From the NCBI GenBank assembly GCA_963758525.1, contig CAVWVQ010000001.1, positions 160,001-224,000 of the forward strand: DNA of 64,000 nt. Reading direction: 5' to 3'. Source of the DNA: an uncultured Phycisphaerales bacterium. GTDB lineage: Bacteria; Planctomycetota; Phycisphaerae; Tepidisphaerales; Tepidisphaeraceae. Both the position numbers and the translations under genes were made by a program. Below are positions 23,286 to 32,812 of the stretch, piece by piece. How positions within the stretch are numbered: the first letter of the stretch is position 1; each line of letters begins with the position of its first letter. Below the pieces are notes generated by a model that was not told where the DNA came from, did not search any database, and saw only the letters and a list, made by a program, of their open reading frames with translations.

Positions 23286-24793
23286 AGCCCTCGGGTCGGA
23301 CTCGCAAGAGAGGCCGGGGACTGGGATGAAGACTCGACGGGTACGCCGGTCAGGATTCCCCGGAACTGCGTTAGCGGATCGCTGAGATGGATGCCGTTCC
23401 CGTCAAAACGCAATTCACGGATGCTTTCTTCGTGCGCGCCGCTTCGCTTTTTCAAAACAGAGATCGCCTTTTTCACTCTTCCCGCGTATTCGAAGTAGCG
23501 GAAAAGCACGACCGAGTCCGCCAGATAACTGGTGTCGACGGGCGACTGCATGGTCGTTCCCAGCATGCCGTGCTGAGCAACCACCATCAGCGTCGTCACT
23601 CCGCGCCGGCCAAGATACGACAGCACCTCGTGCAGCTGCGCGGTCAAGAACCGCTCGTCCGGCATCGCGTGCATGTAGCCGTTCAGGCTGTCGATGACGA
23701 TCACGCGGGCGTGATCATTTTCAACGGCCTGTCGAATCCTGAATGCGAATTCTCCCGGCGACAGCTCTGCCGGATCCACCTGATGGATGCGAACCTCGCC
23801 CGACTTGCTCCCTTCGAGCAATTTAGTGCCGAGCGCTTCCGTTCGAGCCTCAAGAGTCGCGAGGCTTTCGTCAAACGCGAAGATCACGGCATGATCGCCG
23901 CGCGCGGCCGCCGCAATCGCGTATTGCACCGCGATCGTCGATTTGCCCGATCCGGCAGGCCCCATGAGCAGCGTGCTCGTGCCACGCTCCGGTCCGCCGC
24001 CCAGCAGAGCATCGAGGGCCGTCACTCCGCTCTTGATGCCTCCGCGCTGGAAGGGTTCGTGGTGCTCGGAGGCGATCAGCCGGGGGAACACTTCCAGCCC
24101 GCCGCGCGCGATTGAAAAATCGTGGAAGCCGCCGCGATATTCGGTCCCTCTGAACTTCACCACCCGCAGCCGACGACGAGAAGCGCCATAGACGGGCGAG
24201 AGCTGCTCGAGGTTTACGACGCCGTGCGCAATGCTTTGCAGTTGCAGATCAGAGTCGTCCGATGTGCGGTCGTCCAGGAGAAGCACCGTGCATTTGCGGC
24301 CGATGAAGAACTGTTTCAATGCCAGAATCTGGCGCCGGTAACGCAGTGAACTCTGCGCCAGCAGCCGCAACTCCGACAGCGAATCGAATACCACCCGGGC
24401 CGGGTTAATGTTCTCGACCACCTGGAGGACTTTGCGGGTCGTCTCTGTCAATTCGACCTCGGACGGGTGATACATCGTCACCTGCTGAGCGATGTCCAGA
24501 TCGCGCTCATCGGCGATGAGTTGCATGATCTCGATGCCGTCCAGCGACCACCCGTGGGACGTGGCACTGGCAAGCAGTTCTTCCTTGGTTTCCGACAGCG
24601 TAATGTAAAGACACTTCTCGCCGTGTTTGCTGCCCTCGATGAGATATTGCAGTGACAGCGTGGTTTTGCCCGAACCGGGATCTCCTTCGATCAGATAGAG
24701 GCGATGCTGAATGAATCCACCGTGCAGAATATCGTCTAATCCGACGATGCCAGTCTGAGACCGTTCCGTGCTCGGCACCCGGGCCTTCCTCAT
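23282..24793 (-). CDS. KaiC-like double RecA-domain ATPase
   Basis: GDPGSGKT and GPAGSGKS Walker A motifs, SYLADSV, VLKKRSGAHE. Confidence 0.92.
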   Translation of the reverse strand: MRKARVPSTERSQTGIVGLDDILHGGFIQHRLYLIEGDPGSGKTTLSLQYLIEGSKHGEKCLYITLSETKEELLASATSHGWSLDGIEIMQLIADERDLDIAQQVTMYHPSEVELTETTRKVLQVVENINPARVVFDSLSELRLLAQSSLRYRRQILALKQFFIGRKCTVLLLDDRTSDDSDLQLQSIAHGVVNLEQLSPVYGASRRRLRVVKFRGTEYRGGFHDFSIARGGLEVFPRLIASEHHEPFQRGGIKSGVTALDALLGGGPERGTSTLLMGPAGSGKSTIAVQYAIAAAARGDHAVIFAFDESLATLEARTEALGTKLLEGSKSGEVRIHQVDPAELSPGEFAFRIRQAVENDHARVIVIDSLNGYMHAMPDERFLTAQLHEVLSYLGRRGVTTLMVVAQHGMLGTTMQSPVDTSYLADSVVLFRYFEYAGRVKKAISVLKKRSGAHEESIRELRFDGNGIHLSDPLTQFRGILTGVPVESSSQSPASLASPTRGL

Positions 24794-24924
24794 CTTCGCG
24801 TCCTTCGAAATGAGCCCTCAAACTTCCTGCCGCTGCTGATATCATTTGCCGTAAAAACACGGAACGGCAAAAATCGCACGGCGTGCGTGGCTCGCCGCCG
24901 ATTTTGGGTGAGAATGGCCGCGCG

Positions 24925-25243
24925 ATGGCAGGCTTGCGACTCGTCGACATCGCACTCGACAGCATTCCATATGCGGGCGGCGCAACAACTTGCGACGCGC
25001 TCGGGATGGGTCTTCCGGTCATCAGCGTGGTGGGAACAGCGGCGTTCGCGCGTGGCGGGCTCAGCATTTGGTCAAATCTTGGGCTGCCGGAATTTGCAAC
25101 CGCGTCGCAAGAGGTACGTGTGGTTCAACTGGCCCAAGACCAGCCCCCTCTTTCGCAATTGCGCAACTCTGCGAAGCCGCCTGCGGCGGTCGGCAATCAT
25201 GACCGACCGGGACTTTGCTAGGGATGTTGAACGGAACTTCTGA
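24925..25243 (+). pseudogene. C-terminal remnant of a SPINDLY/O-GlcNAc transferase (GT41) family gene
   Basis: VDIALDSIPYAGGATTCDALGMGLPVISVVG..FARGGLS; frameshifted, no N-terminus. Confidence 0.75.
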
Positions 25244-25349
25244 TCCATGATTAAATGGTTGCATACGGCTGCGGGAAAGATGTAGGCTGATGCATATTGG
25301 GGTGAGCCATCATTTCCGCAGCAGATCTTGCGGCGTAGAATAGGACAAT

Positions 25350-25994
25350 ATGGCGGTACGAATTATTCTTGTCGACGATCATCACATTGTGCGCCAGGGG
25401 CTGCGGACGCTGGTTGGTTCGCACGCCGATTTCGAATTAGTGGGGGAAGCCGGCAATGGTCGCGAGGCGGTGCGCCTTGCGCGGGAGTTGAGCCCGGATG
25501 TGATCGTGATGGACATCTCCCTGCCCGAGCTCAACGGCGTCGATGCGACGCGCCAGATTCTGGCGATCGTTCCATCGGTTAAAATTGTCGCGCTCAGTGC
25601 ACATATCGATAGCCGCATGGCGTCCCACATGATCCACGCCGGGGCGCATGGATTGGTTCCAAAAGATGCGGCATTCGAGGAGTTGCAGCGGGCAATTCGC
25701 GTTGTCATGACGGGGAAAATCTATGTGAGCCCGCAACTGCGAGTACAGATCGACACGACGTCGCCGGCATCGGCGCGGAACAACGGCGGGGTCTTCAGCA
25801 AAATTACTTCTCGTGAGCGTGAGGTGCTGCAGTTGATGGCCGAGGGAAAATCAACAAAGCAGATTGCCTCCGACTTGTCGTTGAGCGCGAAGACCGTGGA
25901 AACCCACCGTCGGCAGTTGATGGGGAAGCTCGGGCTCGACAACGTCGCGGAGTTGACCAAATACGCCGTTCGAGAAGGACTGACATCGCTGTGA
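25350..25994 (+). CDS. NarL/LuxR-family response regulator
   Basis: ILVDDH, MDISLP, REREVLQLMAEG, KTVETHR. Confidence 0.96.
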   Translation: MAVRIILVDDHHIVRQGLRTLVGSHADFELVGEAGNGREAVRLARELSPDVIVMDISLPELNGVDATRQILAIVPSVKIVALSAHIDSRMASHMIHAGAHGLVPKDAAFEELQRAIRVVMTGKIYVSPQLRVQIDTTSPASARNNGGVFSKITSREREVLQLMAEGKSTKQIASDLSLSAKTVETHRRQLMGKLGLDNVAELTKYAVREGLTSL

Positions 25995-26055
25995 GAACTC
26001 GCCGCTCCGTCGAAACTTTGCCTGGCGTATTCTGCAGCACCCCGAACGGCGAGGA

Positions 26056-26295
26056 TCAGTGAGCGGACTGAATGGAGCGGAATACCGGCAGCAACGCCAC
26101 CAGGCGATGCTTCCGCCAGATGTCATTCAGTTCCCGATCGTCGGCATGATGAACCCGGCAGGAGGCTCCGTGGTGCGGACCCACAAAGGCGCAAGTGCGA
26201 TCGCGGGCCACGAAGAGCACTTGGTCCCCAAGATCAAAGCGGTCAAGTTCTGAGGACGTGTAATCTTTCCACGGTGTGGTAAATCCAGTAGTCAT
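26056..26295 (-). CDS. Small hypothetical protein
   Basis: 79-aa ORF, no recognisable motif. Confidence 0.4.
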   Translation of the reverse strand: MTTGFTTPWKDYTSSELDRFDLGDQVLFVARDRTCAFVGPHHGASCRVHHADDRELNDIWRKHRLVALLPVFRSIQSAH

Positions 26296-26413
26296 GGCGT
26301 TGATATCCGAATTTGACAAGCCGCTTTTCTCCCTGAGGGAAAGTTAGCAAGCATCTTTTGTTCTGAATAGTCGGGAAGTCCCTGATTTTGTATGAGCATT
26401 TGATTGAACTCTG

Positions 26414-27436
26414 ATGAAGACTATTTGCAGGAGTGAAACTATGTCGGCGCGCTCGACGTTTCTACCGCGGCTGAGTTTGGGGCTGCCCCTTTTGATGTTT
26501 TGCGCGTTGACCATGGGCGATCAGGACAAGGTTCTGCAGTTCAAGAGCGCCCTCAAGACACAGATCAAAGGGAAGGATCATCTGGTCGTGCTCTCGAACC
26601 TCCCGCGCGGCCGCACAGCGCGGTTGGTCGTCGCCAATGCCGACCCTGCGGGGCCGTACGCTCCCGTACCCGATCAGGCGCAACTGATCCAAGGCCTCAA
26701 GCCAGGCGACTTGATTCAAGCTTCCTGGGACACGGCCGGCACCGTCAATACCATCAGCGCCATTGCCCGCTACACGCCCAAGCCGGGTGAACTGATGCCC
26801 AACGGCTACATCTTTGTCAAAGCGGAGCAGAAGGATAAATCAGACGATCTGAACATCGTGCTGAACAAGCTCGGCGAGATTACCAATGCGACTGTCGCTG
26901 CCGAGAAAGATGAGAACGGTGATGTCCGACACGACGCATTCATCCAGACCACTCTGGACAGCCTGCATCAAGGGGATTCGGTGTGGGCCGATCTAACGAC
27001 AGAGGCATCTCCGACCGTGATCGCGATGCTTCCGTACACCGACCCCGCTGCCGGGAAGCTGGTGAAAATCGACACGACCGACCTCAACGGCCAGCGCGTC
27101 GCGACAGTGCAGATCGACGCTGGCGGTACAGCAATCTCGGCGATCATTCCCGGCAAGCTCGTCAAGGGCAAATGGGTCGTCAATTCCCGGCTCATCGCCG
27201 CCGCCCACCGCTGCAAGCCGGGCGCACCCATTCTCTATCGAGTCCAGAGCGATGGCTCGGGAACGTGGCTGCGCGATATCCAGCCGCAAGCGCAGCCCAA
27301 CCAGCCCGTCGCCCGCCAGGGAAACCAGGACAACGGCAGCAACGTCGACGCCAACGGCGTTCCCAAGGGGCGAACCATCGGCGGAGCCGGCCTGGTCCCG
27401 GGCGTCGGCGGCGGAATCGGAATCGGAGGGTTCTAA
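26414..27436 (+). CDS. Hypothetical secreted protein with three internal beta-rich repeats and a Gly-rich tail
   Basis: Signal-like N-terminus; LKPGD / LHQGD / CKPGA recurrences. Confidence 0.7.
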   Translation: MKTICRSETMSARSTFLPRLSLGLPLLMFCALTMGDQDKVLQFKSALKTQIKGKDHLVVLSNLPRGRTARLVVANADPAGPYAPVPDQAQLIQGLKPGDLIQASWDTAGTVNTISAIARYTPKPGELMPNGYIFVKAEQKDKSDDLNIVLNKLGEITNATVAAEKDENGDVRHDAFIQTTLDSLHQGDSVWADLTTEASPTVIAMLPYTDPAAGKLVKIDTTDLNGQRVATVQIDAGGTAISAIIPGKLVKGKWVVNSRLIAAAHRCKPGAPILYRVQSDGSGTWLRDIQPQAQPNQPVARQGNQDNGSNVDANGVPKGRTIGGAGLVPGVGGGIGIGGF

Positions 27437-27506
27437 GCGCAGTCTCATCGCCCCCTGGACGCCTACGCAGCTGTAGGTTCTTGATTTCCTCAACCCGATT
27501 TCAGGA

Positions 27507-28754
27507 CTACTGCGCCGTCATCCCCTTCACACACACCAACTGCGCATACGTCCGCGCGAACAAACACCCGTCGGCAATCGCCGGCGTGCTGTGACACTTC
27601 TCACCCAGCTCGGTTCTGCCCAGCAGTCGATAATGATCCGATGCCGACAGGGCGATAACCGATCCCTTTTTGGTCGTGCAGAAGAGCATGTCGCCGGCGC
27701 AGACGGGGGAGCTGTAAAAGCTTCCGCCGATCCGTTGTTGCCAGACGACGGCGCCGGTGGAAGCCCGGCAGCAGGAGAGATTGCCGCCGTCGGTCAATAC
27801 AAAGAGGAGGTCGCCGCGAAGCAGGGGGGTCGGAACGTAAGGCGCGCCGGCAGTGATCTTGTAGGCGACCTGTGCTCCCGCGCCAGCATCGGCCGGCGCA
27901 CGGGCGGCGACCAGGACGTGGCCGCCGGAGCCTTCGCCGCAGGTTGCGAAGATGAGCCCGTCGCCGGCGACGGGAGAGGAAATCGTTCGTGAGTTGAAAA
28001 CATTGGGAAGGGCCCACTCCACTTTGCCGGTTTGCGGATCAACCGCCGTCACTCCCTCGCCCTTGCTGGTGAAGACCGCCAGCGGCGACGCGCCGTCGCG
28101 GGAGAGAAGCACGGGCGTTGCCGCGGAGAAGCTCTGGCTGTTGCGTTTGAGCTTCCAGAGGATCCTGCCGCTGGAGCGGTCGATGCCGAAAAGAAAACTT
28201 TCGCGCCCCTCCTGATCGTCGCCGAGGAGAACGACATCGCCGACCACGATCGGCGAGTTGCCGCCCCCATGCTGGCTGATGAACGGGCCCAGATCGTCTT
28301 TCCAGAGTTGCTTACCGTCGTGGTCAAACGCGAAAAGCGTAAATTCCTCCGGCGTGTTCCAGCAGACATACACGCGATCGGCATCGACCGCCGGCGTCGA
28401 GCTGGCGTAGCTGTTGTCCTGATGCTGGTGAAACAAATGCGTCGGAAACTTGCTTTGCCAGAGCGTTTTCCCATCAGACGCCGAGATGCCCAGCACGCTG
28501 CGCTCGGCCGTCGCGTCATCCGCGCAGGTGATAAACAGCCGATCGCCCCACAACACCGGCGAAGAATGTCCGCCGCCCGGCAGGGTGATTTTCCAGCGAT
28601 AATCTTTTTCGGTCCACGTCGCGGGGATCTTCGTCGAGGAATTGATGCCGCTTCCGTTCGGGCCGCGAAAGCGGGTCCACTCCTGCGCACGAGTGGCGCT
28701 GGAGGCCAGAAACATGATCATCAACGCAGGACAGATGCGGGAGGTGATTCGCAT
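27507..28754 (-). CDS. PQQ-binding-like beta-propeller protein
   Basis: WTRFRGPNGSG, GGHSSPV, YASSTP, YSSPV, STPAIADG. Confidence 0.9.
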   Translation of the reverse strand: MRITSRICPALMIMFLASSATRAQEWTRFRGPNGSGINSSTKIPATWTEKDYRWKITLPGGGHSSPVLWGDRLFITCADDATAERSVLGISASDGKTLWQSKFPTHLFHQHQDNSYASSTPAVDADRVYVCWNTPEEFTLFAFDHDGKQLWKDDLGPFISQHGGGNSPIVVGDVVLLGDDQEGRESFLFGIDRSSGRILWKLKRNSQSFSAATPVLLSRDGASPLAVFTSKGEGVTAVDPQTGKVEWALPNVFNSRTISSPVAGDGLIFATCGEGSGGHVLVAARAPADAGAGAQVAYKITAGAPYVPTPLLRGDLLFVLTDGGNLSCCRASTGAVVWQQRIGGSFYSSPVCAGDMLFCTTKKGSVIALSASDHYRLLGRTELGEKCHSTPAIADGCLFARTYAQLVCVKGMTAQ

Positions 28755-28815
28755 TACACCATTGTACCTGATGGGGGAACGGTCGTTGTGAAAAGGGCCT
28801 GGGTGCCTTGATGTC

Positions 28816-28958
28816 GGGTGTGGCGCTCGAAAGTGGCGATCGGCTCCGAGTAGGGCGGGATTCATCCCGCCGATTTGTTGGCCGGCTGAGAAAACGGCGG
28901 GATGAATCCCGCCCTACGATCGCAAAATCTGCAATCGCCACAAATAAAAGTTACACCC
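28816..28958. mobile_element. 143-bp MITE, copy 3
   Basis: Perfect 8-bp target duplication ttgatgtc on both sides. Confidence 0.9.
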
Positions 28959-28970
28959 TTGATGTCACAT

Positions 28971-29027
28971 TTGTGGTGCAGGCTTCCAGCCTGCCTCTGG
29001 TGAGCAGGCTGGAAGCCCGCACCACAA
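28971..29027. repeat. REP-like palindrome
   Basis: ttgtggtgcaggcttccagcctgc ... gcaggctggaagcccgcaccacaa. Confidence 0.8.
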
Positions 29028-29062
29028 CGTCCGCAACTCCAACGTTTCGAACTGCCCGAAGT

Positions 29063-30265
29063 CTACACCGAACCCGCACTGGCAGCAGGCGCGACGGACT
29101 CAATCGGGCCCGATTGACGCACCAGATCGATTCCCCGGGCGACGGCGTACTCCAGGTCCGGGCAGATGTTTTCGAGGCGCATGATGCTGTCGATCTGAGC
29201 GTCGATCAACATGCGGTATTGTCGCGGCGTGATGCCGGAAAGCACCAGCCGCCGACCGCTGCGGCGCAGACCGGCGATGGCCGATTTAAGATCGAGGACG
29301 GCATTTGCATCCAGGCGGGTCAGCGGACTCAGTGCCAGAATAATCACCCGCCATCGCCGGGGGATTCGCGATGCCCAAATCTCGAAATCCGGGGCGCGGT
29401 GCATCTGCCGATTGCTTCGACAGGAAACCCGCCAGATCCCCAGCTCAGGAGGAAGCAGTGATTTGAGGATGCCCAACATTTTCAACTCCGGATCGCCCAA
29501 CAGATCCATCTCGCGTACGTCGGCGATCGGCGTGCGCCAGTCGACCAGAAAGATCCAGACAAGAAAACCGATCGGAAGCGCCAGCGCCACTTCGCCAAAT
29601 TTCAGATAGCAGGCTGTCCCGATCCCAGCGCCCAGCAGGAACGATCCGAAAATGCTCGCCAGCAGCGCCACGCGCCCGAGGCTGGGGTGACGCTGAGAGA
29701 CGCGAAGCACGCGACCGGCACGCTGCCACCGCCAGGTGCGCAGCCGATCCCAGAGCCACAGGCAAAATGCGACGCCTTCCAGCCCGAGATCGGTGGTGAC
29801 GCCGGTCAGGTGCGTGGTGCGGACCACAGCGCCGGAGATCTTGGTGATGGTGGCGTTCTGCAGGCCCATCGCCAGCGAGGCCAATCCGGCCGTGAGGTAC
29901 AGTCCGCCAAGAGAGTGGTGTCGATGCGCGTGCAGGGCGATGGTGAAGAACGTGAGCAATAGCGCTTCAGCCATCATCGGCGGGATGTACTTCGATGCCA
30001 TTCCGCGGCGCTTCGCGGTTTCGGTCATGAGCGCCGATGCGATCGCGCCGAAAAGAAACATGCCCCAGAGATATCCGGCAAAGAGCGCGCCGCGCAGGTC
30101 GCCGCTGATGAGATGGTGTCCGATCAGTGTGGCGGTGCCGGTGACGTGGGAAACGAACGACCCGCACGCCATGAACGCGATGACATTGGTGTATCCGCCC
30201 ACCCACGACAGAGAGATCGCCAGGCGTGATTTCTGACGGAATGAGTAGGCGCTGGCGGAAAGCAT
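29063..30265 (-). CDS. YoaK/DUF1275 membrane protein fused to a C-terminal STAS-like domain
   Basis: FVSHVTG, AMGLQNA, VRTTHLTGVTTD; C-terminal LDANAVLDL..RRLVLSGI. Confidence 0.85.
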   Translation of the reverse strand: MLSASAYSFRQKSRLAISLSWVGGYTNVIAFMACGSFVSHVTGTATLIGHHLISGDLRGALFAGYLWGMFLFGAIASALMTETAKRRGMASKYIPPMMAEALLLTFFTIALHAHRHHSLGGLYLTAGLASLAMGLQNATITKISGAVVRTTHLTGVTTDLGLEGVAFCLWLWDRLRTWRWQRAGRVLRVSQRHPSLGRVALLASIFGSFLLGAGIGTACYLKFGEVALALPIGFLVWIFLVDWRTPIADVREMDLLGDPELKMLGILKSLLPPELGIWRVSCRSNRQMHRAPDFEIWASRIPRRWRVIILALSPLTRLDANAVLDLKSAIAGLRRSGRRLVLSGITPRQYRMLIDAQIDSIMRLENICPDLEYAVARGIDLVRQSGPIESVAPAASAGSV

Positions 30266-30558
30266 GGATTTGACGTAAGCCCCGATCGTTTTGGCCCGAT
30301 CGCGACGGTCAGCTATCTTATCGACAGATCGGCTTTATTGGACGACAACGTGGGTATTATGGTCGGTGTATTGCAATTGCCGATAACATCTTTCGCCACC
30401 GGGCGCAACTCGCGGAATCAGCGGACGCGGATCGAGGATCATCAAAGGTTCACATTTCGCAACGATCTGATCCGCTGTGACGGGGCGGCATTTTTCTGTC
30501 AGAGCGTCGGACGCGACGAAGCGTTGGCTGTGATCACGCGGTATACTGCCTGCATCTC

Positions 30559-31515
30559 ATGTTGCTTCAGACCAACAGTTACGTGGTGCCAAAAGACAAA
30601 CGCAGCGAGCATGCGCGGCTCGTGCGCCGCTTCCGCCAGTCGCTGGCCAGGCTGGGCTGCGAGCACTTCGAGGTCTACGAGCAGGTCTCGCAGAACTGGA
30701 GCGGCCAGGATGCGGGCGGGCGATATGTCCAGATCATGCGCTTCCGCGACCGCCGTCATCAGATGGAAGTGCAGGCGGCCGAACGCTCCGACCCGATGGC
30801 GCAGGCATTGATTCAGGAATTTTGCGAGCTGATCAATTTCCCCTTTCAGCAGCAGCAGGGTTTGTTCGCGGTGGGATTTTACAACAGCGTGCTCCCAGCA
30901 GTCTCGTCGCGCGAGCCGGATGCGCCGGGCGAAGCCGCTCCCCCGACGGCCGACGCCGACGCTGCGGAAGAATCTCCCGCGGTCGCGCCCCTGCCCGAAC
31001 CGCCGCCAAGGCGTGCCAACGGCCGGGGCGGCTTGCCGCCGCGCAGCGGTTCCGCAGCGCCGCGGCCCGCGGTTGCCCCGATCTTCTTCGAGAACGCCGT
31101 CGCCGAGCCGGCCCCATCGCCTCCCGGTCCGAAGCTGAACGCCGACGAATTTGATTCGGGGATTACCGATCTGTCCGACTCGCATCTGATGCAGCTCGAT
31201 TTGCCTGCCGCGGAATCCGACGAGGCCGGGGCTAAAATTCCTTCTGAGTCCGCAGAGCCCGCCGAGTCGCACGACAGCCCCGCCGCAATCGACCGTGCCG
31301 AGCCGCACTTTCTCGATGAGGATGACGAGCCGGGCCCGCCGCACGATCATCTCGAAGGGCGCGATGAAATTGAGCCGCACACCGACGGTGACGTGCATCG
31401 GCGCGACGCCTCCGCAACGCACTCTCACATGCGTCTGGTGCAGGATGATTCGAGCGAAGAATCAAACGTGGAGCTGTTTGAGCGCGACGAGCCGGTGAGT
31501 CCATTTGGAAATTAA
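30559..31515 (+). CDS. Hypothetical protein, small alpha/beta N-terminal domain plus acidic disordered tail
   Basis: Ordered first ~110 aa, then Pro/Asp/Glu-rich. Confidence 0.7.
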   Translation: MLLQTNSYVVPKDKRSEHARLVRRFRQSLARLGCEHFEVYEQVSQNWSGQDAGGRYVQIMRFRDRRHQMEVQAAERSDPMAQALIQEFCELINFPFQQQQGLFAVGFYNSVLPAVSSREPDAPGEAAPPTADADAAEESPAVAPLPEPPPRRANGRGGLPPRSGSAAPRPAVAPIFFENAVAEPAPSPPGPKLNADEFDSGITDLSDSHLMQLDLPAAESDEAGAKIPSESAEPAESHDSPAAIDRAEPHFLDEDDEPGPPHDHLEGRDEIEPHTDGDVHRRDASATHSHMRLVQDDSSEESNVELFERDEPVSPFGN

Positions 31516-31596
31516 GACCCCTGAGGATGGTCCGCACGGCGGCTTCGAGGCGTGCGAGCGGACCCTGCGCAGCCCTCACGATTCACGTCAAAGATG

Positions 31597-32400
31597 CTAC
31601 GTTACCGGCAATGATTCGCCGAAGAGCACATACCAGTTTCGCCGGGCATGCTCTGCGAGTTGCGGCTCAGCCAAAAAAGAGGCACCTGAGTGTTTTAATC
31701 GCGTTGCGAGTTCGGCTTTATCAATCGTTCCCAGCGCAGCGCGCAGGTCATCCAGATCCTTATCCCGCGGGCTGAAAAGTTTGCTCAACAGCACATCGCA
31801 GGAATCGACCAGGAAGACGTCAAGTTTGTCGAAGCGCCCGAGCGATCGAAGGCGTGTCTCCCAACCGACTGGCAGGAAATGCGACTGGAAATGAGCGAGG
31901 TGCAACCCGTAACGTCGCAGGAGATTGTCAAAGAGGGCGTGTCGATCAACCAGGGACGCCGGGAGACCGTCGACAATATGGATGTCGTCGGTCTGCCTGC
32001 TGAGCACGTGGCACAGAATCAGCGACGTCGAGCCCCCGATTTCCAGCCGGGACGGATGATCGATCTGGGAGCCGAGATCGCGCAGAAGCTGCAAGATGGT
32101 TTCAGGCTTGGTAGCGTCCGTGATGCGCCGGGCAAGTGAAGGGAAGCCGGCGGCCCCAAGATCTGCGAGCTGAAACTGCTCGAGCCGCGGAGATTCTGGT
32201 GATCCTGCAACCCATCGACTGAGTCGATCCGGCCCCCAATGCGCTGCCAGCGCCTGTAGTCCGTCACGAATCAACAGTCGTGTGCGGAAGTCGGGGTGTT
32301 CCTCGCCGACCTGATCCTCGATCGCGGTTGCTAGGTCCGCCGCCTCAATCGGCAGTCCGCTGCGAGCCAATCCCCAAAGGGTTGGTTTGAGCGTTGTCAT
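31597..32400 (-). CDS. DUF6036-like nucleotidyltransferase protein
   Basis: IGGSTSL..SRQTDDIH, LPVGWETR, SKLFSPRDKDLDD. Confidence 0.7.
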   Translation of the reverse strand: MTTLKPTLWGLARSGLPIEAADLATAIEDQVGEEHPDFRTRLLIRDGLQALAAHWGPDRLSRWVAGSPESPRLEQFQLADLGAAGFPSLARRITDATKPETILQLLRDLGSQIDHPSRLEIGGSTSLILCHVLSRQTDDIHIVDGLPASLVDRHALFDNLLRRYGLHLAHFQSHFLPVGWETRLRSLGRFDKLDVFLVDSCDVLLSKLFSPRDKDLDDLRAALGTIDKAELATRLKHSGASFLAEPQLAEHARRNWYVLFGESLPVT

Positions 32401-32538
32401 AACCTTTAGTAGTTTGTTCCATCAGAATTTGCGATTCTGTCAATCTGCGGTAGGGCGATTGATCCCGCCGCGGTTTGAGACACGCGGGGATGAATCACGC
32501 ATTACACGCGCAGCTCGGGGAACAGCCCACCAGACCGA

Positions 32539-32673
32539 TCAGACAACCTGCACGGCGCGCCCGACGCGGCGCTTGCGGTTGATCATCTGACGGCCCTTCT
32601 TGGTCTTCATTCTGCCGCGAAAACCGATGTTGCGGGCGCGCTTAATCTTGCTGAGCTTGTGGGGGTAATGCAT
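32539..32673 (-). CDS. rpmH: 50S ribosomal protein bL34 (absent from the ORF track)
   Basis: MHYPHKLSKIKRARNIGFRGRMKTKKGRQMINRKRRVGRAVQVV. Confidence 0.92.
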   Translation of the reverse strand: MHYPHKLSKIKRARNIGFRGRMKTKKGRQMINRKRRVGRAVQVV

Positions 32674-32812
32674 GTCCTGTCTCTTTCCTGACTCTCGCTA
32701 TAGGGCCTTGCGCGATCAGCGCTTCCAAACACTATTTTTCACGGCCGCCCAGAGGCTGCCAATCCTTTTCACATCGCGTACTGGCGCGTTCAAGCTCTTC
32801 AATTCGACCGGC

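Noticed and set aside
23282..24793. Circadian clock
   Set aside because: No kaiA or kaiB nearby, and it fits the kinase-associated KaiC-like group.
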